Shown: positions 56,743 to 64,000 of the stretch, piece after piece
Position numbering within the stretch: position 1 is the first letter of the stretch
How the letters are laid out: each line of letters starts with the position of its first letter
Assembly: GCF_013315695.1 (NCBI RefSeq)
Contig: NZ_CP054353.1
Origin: Escherichia coli
Lineage (GTDB): Bacteria; Pseudomonadota; Gammaproteobacteria; Enterobacterales; Enterobacteriaceae
Length of the DNA: 64,000 bases
Reading direction: 5' to 3' (one strand)
Notes under the pieces: generated by a model
The model's input: the letters and a program-made list of their open reading frames with translations, nothing else
Told to the model about the DNA's origin: nothing
Databases searched by the model: none
Translations under genes and position numbers: made by a program

Positions 56743-57801
56743 TTAGAACTGGTAGACGATACCAACTGCCAGTTGGTCGTCGGTGTTCAGTCCATGAGCG
56801 AGAACATAATCACTCTTATCAAGCAGGTTGATCTGATAAGCGGTATATACGTTCATATTCTTATTGAAGTAATACCAGGTACCGATTTCAATATAGTTCA
56901 GACGATCAGAATCTTTGTAACCTGCTACGTCCAGTGCTTTAGAATAGGAGTAACCGATGGATGGACGCAGACCAAAGTCGAACTGATATTGCAGAACAGC
57001 TTCGAAGTTTTGTGTTTTGTTCACAACATCACCGTCGTCGGAATTCATGTTGTGAGATTCACCGTACATCACAGCAGCATAGACATTGTTAGCGTCATAT
57101 TTTGTTGACAACGCCCAAACTTCGGCTCTTTCGCCTTTACCATCACCAGACTGCCAATCAGTACGGTCAGAGTTTGCATAAGCACCAGCAAATGAGAAAC
57201 CGTCAATAGTGTAAGTTGCAGATAAACCATGGCCATCGCCATTTGCTTTGTAGTTGCCTGTACCTTCATTTTTACCCTGATATTGCAGAGCAAAATTTAG
57301 ACCTTCAACCATGCCAAAGAAATCTGTGTTACGATAGGTTGCAACACCGTTGGTACGGTTGGTCATGAACAGGTCAGTACCAGCCCATGAGTCACCGCCC
57401 CACTCAACAAACATATCAGTAAATGCTTCTGCATCATACGCGACACCGACATTACGACCGTAGTCGAATGAACCAAAATCTTTGTAACTCAAACCAGCAT
57501 ATGCCAAACGAGTTTGGTCAGGGTTGTGTCTGTTTGATGCTTCCAGGTCTAGTTCAAACTGACCGTAACCAGTCAGTTCAGGGTTGATCTGAGTTTCACC
57601 TTTCACGCCTACACGGGCATAAGAGGTATCTTGAGAATTATCGCCTTTTTCACCATTTTCACGGTCGGTCAGAATGCGCTCACCAACCATCTTGCCGTAT
57701 AGCTCAACTTTATTGCCATTTTTATTATAAATTTCAGCCGCATTTGCTGCGCCAGCAACTAATAACGCCGGGACCAGCATTGCCAGAACTTTTCTTTTCA
57801 T
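56743..57801 (-). CDS. yedS: OmpC/OmpF-family outer membrane porin, apparently intact (YedS-like)
   Basis: Signal peptide MKRKVLAMLVPALLVAGAANA, porin-type repeats, C-terminal ...GIVYQF. Confidence 0.8.
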   Translation of the reverse strand: MKRKVLAMLVPALLVAGAANAAEIYNKNGNKVELYGKMVGERILTDRENGEKGDNSQDTSYARVGVKGETQINPELTGYGQFELDLEASNRHNPDQTRLAYAGLSYKDFGSFDYGRNVGVAYDAEAFTDMFVEWGGDSWAGTDLFMTNRTNGVATYRNTDFFGMVEGLNFALQYQGKNEGTGNYKANGDGHGLSATYTIDGFSFAGAYANSDRTDWQSGDGKGERAEVWALSTKYDANNVYAAVMYGESHNMNSDDGDVVNKTQNFEAVLQYQFDFGLRPSIGYSYSKALDVAGYKDSDRLNYIEIGTWYYFNKNMNVYTAYQINLLDKSDYVLAHGLNTDDQLAVGIVYQF

Positions 57802-58430
57802 TATGTATTCCCTTGTGATTATAATCTTCATGAATATATCAATAAGTGCTGTTATCCAAAAAAAGCACATTTGGATACTATTCTATGAAGTTCATTTTAT
57901 TTTAAAGATTACATGTAACAAATGTATTTAAAAGATTTCAAAATGTTTCTAATCTATTTAATATAATTCATAGTTATGAATTCTGAATATAAATATTCAC
58001 GAATATTATGGATATATATCAATATGTTATGAGTTGATCGAAAAGATAGGGAGTATCAATGATTGTTGCGCTAAACGGCTGGTGTGATCTCGCGCACATT
58101 AATGAAGGCATAAAAAAAAGCCGGCATCATGCCGGCCCAAAAAAATATAAACAAGACGATAAAAGGCTAATAACGGAGGCATGATGACACAGAAAAATAA
58201 AAAGGTATAATTGTAATCAGTACCAATATATTGATTGAATGAATTAATAAAGCCGAAATCAAAGATAAATAACATCGTTCAAATCGATTTTTCCTGTATT
58301 CACCGCCGTTGCGCAAAATTTATCTATTTGTTCAAAAAATGATTGAGTCTTGACTGGCTCATCCAATGTGGAAAAATGTGACTTTTATCACATAATAGTT
58401 CTAAGTCTGAATTTTCCGGGTTATCTCAAA

Positions 58431-58733
58431 ATGGAATACGGTTCGACAAAGATGGAAGAGAGACTCTCTCGCAGCCCTGGCGGCAAATTGGCTTTGTGGG
58501 CTTTCTATACATGGTGTGGCTATTTCGTCTGGGCAATGGCGCGATACATCTGGGTGATGAGCCGGATCCCCGATGCCCCCGTGTCGGGATTTGAAAGTGA
58601 TTTAGGATCTACCGCGGGGAAGTGGTTAGGAGCATTGGTCGGATTTCTGTTTATGGCCCTGGTTGGTGCCTTGTTAGGCGGCATTGCATGGTACACCCGA
58701 CCTCGTCCCGCACGTTGCAGACGCTATGAATAA
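58431..58733 (+). CDS. yedR: Inner membrane protein YedR-like (start uncertain)
   Basis: Two hydrophobic helices; position between yedS and yedJ. Confidence 0.6.
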   Translation: MEYGSTKMEERLSRSPGGKLALWAFYTWCGYFVWAMARYIWVMSRIPDAPVSGFESDLGSTAGKWLGALVGFLFMALVGALLGGIAWYTRPRPARCRRYE

Positions 58734-58772
58734 AAACTGCTAAGGTTGCGACTCTTTGGCAACGGAGCGCGT

Positions 58773-59468
58773 ATGGAGTTACAACACTGGCAGGCACAGT
58801 TCGATAACTGGTTGAAAAACCATCATCAACATCAGGACGCGGCGCATGACTTGTGTCATTTTCGCCGTGTCTGGGCTACGGCACAGAAACTGGCGGCAGA
58901 TGACGATGTCGATATGCTGGTGATTTTAACCGCCTGTTATTTTCACGATATCGTGACCCTGGCGAAAAATCATCCGCAACGGCAGCGTTCTTCAATCCTG
59001 GCGGCAGAAGAGACGCGTCGCCTGCTCCGTGAAGAGTTCGCGCAATTTCCGGCGGAGAAAATTGAGGCCGTTTGTCATGCCATTGCCGCTCACAGTTTCA
59101 GCGCGCAAATCGCCCCCTTAACAACGGAAGCTAAAATCGTCCAGGATGCGGATCGGCTGGAAGCCCTGGGGGCGATTGGCCTGGCGCGCGTATTTGCCGT
59201 TTCAGGGGCATTGGGCTTGGCGCTGTTTGATGGCGAAGATCCGTTCGCACAGCATCGCCCGCTTGATGATAAACGCTACGCGCTGGATCATTTCCAGACA
59301 AAGTTACTGAAATTACCGCAAACCATGCAAACCGCAAGAGGCAAGCAGCTGGCACAGCACAACGCGCAATTTTTAGTCGAGTTTATGGCGAAGCTCGGTG
59401 CCGAACTGGCGGGGGAGAATGAAGGTATCGATCACAAGGTGATAGATGCGTTTTCACCCGCTGGCTGA
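58773..59468 (+). CDS. yedJ: HD-domain phosphohydrolase YedJ
   Basis: ...[17 protein letters not shown]...YFHDIV... HD motifs. Confidence 0.8.
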   Translation: MELQHWQAQFDNWLKNHHQHQDAAHDLCHFRRVWATAQKLAADDDVDMLVILTACYFHDIVTLAKNHPQRQRSSILAAEETRRLLREEFAQFPAEKIEAVCHAIAAHSFSAQIAPLTTEAKIVQDADRLEALGAIGLARVFAVSGALGLALFDGEDPFAQHRPLDDKRYALDHFQTKLLKLPQTMQTARGKQLAQHNAQFLVEFMAKLGAELAGENEGIDHKVIDAFSPAG

Positions 59469-59534
59469 GCGCGTGGCCCTAAACGGCAGTAATTATGTTA
59501 ACCTGTCGGCCATCTCAGATGGCCGGTTAAATCT

Positions 59535-60953
59535 ATGCAGGAAAATATATCAGTAACCGATTCATACAGCACCGGGAATGCCGCACAGGCAATGCTGGAG
59601 AAACTGCTGCAAATTTATGATGTTAAAACGCTGGTGGCGCAGCTTAATGGTGTGGGTGAGAATCACTGGAGCGCGGCAATTTTAAAACGTGCGCTGGCGA
59701 ATGACTCGGCATGGCACCGTTTAAGTGAGAAAGAGTTTGCCCATCTGCAAACGTTGTTACCCAAACCACCGGAACATCATCCGCATTATGCGTTTCGCTT
59801 TATCGATCTATTTGCCGGAATTGGCGGCATCCGTCGCGGTTTTGAATCGATTGGCGGACAGTGCGTGTTTACCAGCGAATGGAACAAACATGCTGTACGC
59901 ACTTATAAAGCCAACCATTATTGCGACCCGGCGACGCATCATTTTAATGAAGATATCCGCGACATCACCCTCAGTCATCAAGAAGGCGTGAGTGATGAGG
60001 CGGCGGCGGAACATATTCGTCAACACATTCCTGAACACGATGTTTTACTGGCCGGTTTCCCTTGTCAGCCATTTTCGCTGGCTGGCGTATCGAAAAAGAA
60101 CTCGCTCGGGCGGGCGCACGGTTTTGCCTGCGATACCCAGGGTACGCTGTTCTTTGATGTGGTGCGCATTATCGACGCGCGTCGTCCGGCGATGTTTGTG
60201 CTCGAAAATGTCAAAAACCTGAAGAGTCACGATAAGGGAAAAACGTTCCGCATCATCATGCAGACGCTGGACGAACTGGGCTATGACGTTGCCGACGCAG
60301 CAGATAACGGGCCGGACGATCCGAAAATCATCGACGGTAAACATTTCCTGCCGCAGCACCGTGAACGCATCGTGCTGGTGGGTTTTCGTCGCGATCTGAA
60401 TCTGAAAGCCGATTTTACTCTGCGTGATATCAGCGAATGTTTCCCTGCACAGCGAGTGACGCTGGCGCAGCTGCTGGACCCGATGGTTGAGGCGAAATAT
60501 ATCCTGACGCCGGTGCTGTGGAAGTACCTCTATCGATATGCGAAAAAACATCAGGCGCGCGGTAACGGCTTCGGTTATGGAATGGTTTATCCGAACAATC
60601 CGCAAAGCGTCACCCGTACGCTGTCTGCTCGTTATTACAAGGATGGCGCGGAAATTTTAATCGACCGCGGCTGGGATATGGCCACGGGTGAGAAAGACTT
60701 TGACGATCCGCTGAATCAGCAACATCGTCCACGTCGGTTAACACCTCGTGAATGCGCGCGCTTAATGGGTTTTGAAGCGCCGGGAGAAGCGAAATTCCGC
60801 ATTCCGGTTTCGGACACTCAGGCCTATCGCCAGTTCGGTAACTCGGTGGTCGTGCCGGTCTTTGCCGCGGTGGCAAAACTGCTTGAGCCAAAAATCAAAC
60901 AGGCGGTGGCGTTGCGTCAGCAAGAGGCACAACATGGTCGACGTTCACGATAA
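59535..60953 (+). CDS. dcm: DNA-cytosine methyltransferase Dcm
   Basis: 472 aa; FAGIGG motif I, PCQ catalytic motif, ENV motif. Confidence 0.9.
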   Translation: MQENISVTDSYSTGNAAQAMLEKLLQIYDVKTLVAQLNGVGENHWSAAILKRALANDSAWHRLSEKEFAHLQTLLPKPPEHHPHYAFRFIDLFAGIGGIRRGFESIGGQCVFTSEWNKHAVRTYKANHYCDPATHHFNEDIRDITLSHQEGVSDEAAAEHIRQHIPEHDVLLAGFPCQPFSLAGVSKKNSLGRAHGFACDTQGTLFFDVVRIIDARRPAMFVLENVKNLKSHDKGKTFRIIMQTLDELGYDVADAADNGPDDPKIIDGKHFLPQHRERIVLVGFRRDLNLKADFTLRDISECFPAQRVTLAQLLDPMVEAKYILTPVLWKYLYRYAKKHQARGNGFGYGMVYPNNPQSVTRTLSARYYKDGAEILIDRGWDMATGEKDFDDPLNQQHRPRRLTPRECARLMGFEAPGEAKFRIPVSDTQAYRQFGNSVVVPVFAAVAKLLEPKIKQAVALRQQEAQHGRRSR

Positions 60954-61404
60954 GGCCACCCGCAGCAAAAATATGCGCGCGATTGCCACGCGTGATACGG
61001 CGATTGAGAAGCGCCTCGCCAGTTTGTTAACCGGGCAGGGCCTTGCGTTTCGCGTTCAGGACGCCAGTCTGCCCGGACGCCCGGATTTTGTCGTTGATGA
61101 ATATCGCTGCGTGATATTTACCCACGGCTGCTTCTGGCATCATCATCACTGCTATCTGTTTAAAGTGCCTGCGACTCGAACCGAGTTCTGGCTGGAGAAG
61201 ATAGGTAAAAATGTTGAACGCGATCGCCGCGATATCAGTCGCTTGCAGGAGCTCGGCTGGCGCGTACTGATTGTCTGGGAGTGTGCGTTACGTGGGCGCG
61301 AGAAGCTGACGGATGCGGCGCTTACCGAGCGTCTGGAAGAGTGGATCTGCGGCGAAGGTGCCAGCGCGCAGATCGACACGCAGGGGATTCATTTACTCGC
61401 TTGA
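60934..61404 (+). CDS. vsr: Very-short-patch repair endonuclease Vsr (overlaps the dcm 3' end)
   Basis: [57 protein letters not shown]... Confidence 0.9.
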   Translation: MVDVHDKATRSKNMRAIATRDTAIEKRLASLLTGQGLAFRVQDASLPGRPDFVVDEYRCVIFTHGCFWHHHHCYLFKVPATRTEFWLEKIGKNVERDRRDISRLQELGWRVLIVWECALRGREKLTDAALTERLEEWICGEGASAQIDTQGIHLLA

Positions 61405-62313
61405 TGCATCCTGAATAACTGGCGCGACAACGGGTTTGGCCGGGAAGAGATATTTTCCCAACGTGACCAGTACCACCGCGAAAACAATTACGCCGAGCGC
61501 CAGCCATTCAATTTTCGACAGCGTTTCGCCACCCAGTCCCGTACCCAGCAAGACCGCGACCACCGGGTTAACGTAGGCGTAGCTGGTGGCGAGAGCCGGA
61601 CTGACATTACGGATTAAATACATATAAGCGTTAATGGCGATAATCGAACCAAACAGCGCCAGATAGCCGACCGCAAGGAAGCCTGACAGGGAAGGGAGCG
61701 CCGTCAGTTTTTCACCCGCAATCATCGATGCGATCATTAACACCACGCCTGCCGCCAGCATCTCAATCGCACCCGCCATCATCCCTACAGGTAAGGTAAT
61801 GCGCGAGCCATAAACTGAGCCAAACGCCCAGCTAATCGAGCCGATTAAAATCAGAATCGCGCCCCACGGATTGCCGCTTAAATTTCCACCGCTATTGAGC
61901 ATGATGATTCCGGCAAGCCCAATGGCGATACCCACCCATTCCAGTTTGCGCGTTTTAATGCCAAACAGGCGGCTGAAGCACAGGGTAAAGAGGGGCACGG
62001 TTGCAACCACTACGGCGGCGATGCCGGAAGGAACATTTTGATGTTCGGCAACCGTCACCATGCCATTACCGACAGCCAGCAATAACAGGCCAATCAGCGC
62101 GGCATTGAGCAGCGGACGTAGCGGGGGAAGTTTGTGTCCGCGCAGTAGCAAAAATGCCAGCAATAAAATACCGGCTGCCAGGAATCGAACGCCCGCCATC
62201 ATTAACGGAGGCCAGCTTTCCACGCCAATCCGAATGACAAAATAGGTTGAGCCCCAAATGATATACAACGCAAACAGCGCGCCAAAAAGCGGTAACAACT
62301 GGCGGAAACGCAT
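61393..62313 (-). CDS. yedA: EamA-family transporter YedA
   Basis: 306 aa, 10-TM-like. Confidence 0.85.
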   Translation of the reverse strand: MRFRQLLPLFGALFALYIIWGSTYFVIRIGVESWPPLMMAGVRFLAAGILLLAFLLLRGHKLPPLRPLLNAALIGLLLLAVGNGMVTVAEHQNVPSGIAAVVVATVPLFTLCFSRLFGIKTRKLEWVGIAIGLAGIIMLNSGGNLSGNPWGAILILIGSISWAFGSVYGSRITLPVGMMAGAIEMLAAGVVLMIASMIAGEKLTALPSLSGFLAVGYLALFGSIIAINAYMYLIRNVSPALATSYAYVNPVVAVLLGTGLGGETLSKIEWLALGVIVFAVVLVTLGKYLFPAKPVVAPVIQDASSE

Positions 62314-62485
62314 AATCCCTCACGGCGGAAATAAAAAGGTGGTTCATAGTAAACGTGAAAATCATTCTGCTGGCGAGAGATATAATTGCACTTGATTGTT
62401 AAATAAATGTTGACCTGTGAAGCAAGTATCAGAGCTGCCGTTTTTGCTTCATACTTACACCCTTCAACAATAAAAATGAGAGGGA

Positions 62486-63403
62486 ATGCTTTTGGCCGGG
62501 AGTAGTTTACTGACGTTGCTCGATGATATCGCCACACTGCTGGACGATATCTCCGTGATGGGCAAACTGGCGGCGAAGAAAACCGCCGGTGTATTAGGGG
62601 ATGATTTATCGCTCAATGCGCAACAAGTTTCAGGCGTGCGGGCCAACCGGGAACTTCCCGTGGTCTGGGGCGTGGCGAAAGGATCGCTGATCAATAAAGT
62701 GATTCTGGTGCCGCTGGCGTTGATCATCAGTGCGTTTATCCCGTGGGCGATTACGCCACTGTTGATGATTGGTGGCGCGTTTCTCTGCTTTGAAGGGGTA
62801 GAGAAAGTGCTGCATATGCTGGAGGCGCGTAAACATAAAGAAGATCCAGCGCAGAGCCAGCAGCGTCTGGAGAAGCTGGCGGCGCAGGATCCGCTGAAGT
62901 TTGAAAAGGACAAAATTAAAGGGGCGATTCGTACCGATTTTATTTTGTCTGCGGAAATCGTCGCCATCACGCTGGGGATTGTGGCAGAGGCGCCGTTGCT
63001 TAATCAGGTGCTGGTGCTTTCAGGCATCGCGCTGGTAGTGACCGTGGGCGTCTACGGTCTGGTAGGGGTTATCGTTAAGATTGATGACCTGGGGTATTGG
63101 CTGGCGGAAAAATCCAGCGCGCTGATGCAGGCATTAGGTAAAGGGTTATTGATTATCGCGCCCTGGCTGATGAAAGCATTATCGATTGTCGGCACGCTGG
63201 CGATGTTCCTCGTCGGCGGCGGGATTGTGGTACATGGTATTGCGCCGCTGCATCACGCCATTGAACATTTCGCCGGGCAGCAAAGTGCAGTGGTGGCGAT
63301 GATATTACCGACTGTTTTAAATCTGATTCTTGGATTTATCATCGGCGGCATCGTGGTGCTGGGAGTGAAAGCAGTAGCGAAAATGCGCGGTCAGGCACAT
63401 TAA
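62486..63403 (+). CDS. yedI: DUF808 inner membrane protein YedI
   Basis: 305 aa polytopic membrane protein. Confidence 0.8.
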   Translation: MLLAGSSLLTLLDDIATLLDDISVMGKLAAKKTAGVLGDDLSLNAQQVSGVRANRELPVVWGVAKGSLINKVILVPLALIISAFIPWAITPLLMIGGAFLCFEGVEKVLHMLEARKHKEDPAQSQQRLEKLAAQDPLKFEKDKIKGAIRTDFILSAEIVAITLGIVAEAPLLNQVLVLSGIALVVTVGVYGLVGVIVKIDDLGYWLAEKSSALMQALGKGLLIIAPWLMKALSIVGTLAMFLVGGGIVVHGIAPLHHAIEHFAGQQSAVVAMILPTVLNLILGFIIGGIVVLGVKAVAKMRGQAH

Positions 63404-63481
63404 TACTCGCACTGGCTATTATGCAAAATTTGCCATCTTCAACTAAGGTGAACAAGTTTCACTCGAAAAAAGGAGGCGAGT

Positions 63482-63664
63482 ATGAGCTTTATGGTTAGTG
63501 AGGAAGTTACGGTTAAAGAGGGCGGCCCGCGGATGATTGTCACTGGATACTCCAGCGGTATGGTTGAGTGTCGTTGGTATGACGGTTACGGGGTCAAGCG
63601 GGAAGCTTTTCATGAAACCGATCTTGTTCCGGGGGAGGGGAGTCGTTCTGCGGAAGAAGTTTGA
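63482..63664 (+). CDS. yodC: YodC (DUF2158) small protein
   Basis: 60 aa, RBS AAGGAGG; MSFMVSEEVTVKEGGPRMIVTGYSSGMVECRWYDGYGVKREAFHETDLV. Confidence 0.8.
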   Translation: MSFMVSEEVTVKEGGPRMIVTGYSSGMVECRWYDGYGVKREAFHETDLVPGEGSRSAEEV

Positions 63665-63834
63665 AAGGGTATCATTAACACCAGGCCGGATCACATCCGG
63701 CCTGGTGTCCCAATGCCTGCAATGAATGATAGTCGCGTCTTATCATGCCACCATTATAAAATTATCGCTGTTTTGCGGTACGCTATCGCCGGGTTATGCC
63801 AGAATCATAAAAAAGCAGGTTGGGAGTCGTCAGG

Positions 63835-64000
63835 GTGCAGCACGAGACAAAAATGGAAAACCAGAGCTGGTTGAAAAAACTCGCACGCCGCCTGGGGCCT
63901 GGTCATATCGTTAATCTCTGCTTTATCGTGGTATTGCTTTTTTCCACCTTGCTCACCTGGCGTGAAGTGGTGGTGCTGGAAGATGCCTATATCTCCAGCC
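63835..64000 (+). CDS. dgcQ: Diguanylate cyclase DgcQ (YedQ), 5' end only (runs off the window)
   Basis: ...[49 protein letters not shown]; start GTG 63835 or ATG 63853. Confidence 0.7.
   Translation, partial: MQHETKMENQSWLKKLARRLGPGHIVNLCFIVVLLFSTLLTWREVVVLEDAYISS

Overview
The window reads as an Escherichia coli-type chromosome segment (tRNA-Asn, mtfA, serU ... zinT, msrQP, hiuH, hprRS, hchA, yedS, yedR, yedJ, dcm-vsr, yedA, yedI, yodC, start of dgcQ) carrying a ~47.5-kb lambdoid prophage inserted in tRNA-Ser(CGA) serU. The prophage is bounded by a 62-bp direct repeat (attL 1775-1836, attR 49225-49286). It is a mosaic: the early/immunity region is Qin-type (dicA/dicC immunity, dicB operon with the DicF sRNA, hok type I toxin, rem, ydfU-like, rusA, Q, two phage tRNAs), while the packaging, head and tail genes are lambda-like in order and sequence (cos, Nu1, A, W, B, C, D, E, FI, FII, Z, U, V, G/GT, H, M, L, K, I, J, lom, stf). 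The large-terminase gene carries a +1 frameshift at a G6 run, so the prophage may be packaging-defective unless this is a sequencing error. The most novel-looking candidates are: a 297-aa cytoplasmic ORF translationally coupled to the holin and sitting between holin and endolysin; a promoter-plus-terminator unit on the reverse strand between tail genes I and J (candidate sRNA); a TonB-C-domain lipoprotein between Rz and cos; and two coupled small acidic proteins in the early region. At the left edge a P4-family integrase next to tRNA-Asn indicates a second island outside the window. No CRISPR array or IS element was seen. All protein-family calls rest on reading the translations and on recalled family knowledge, not on database searches.
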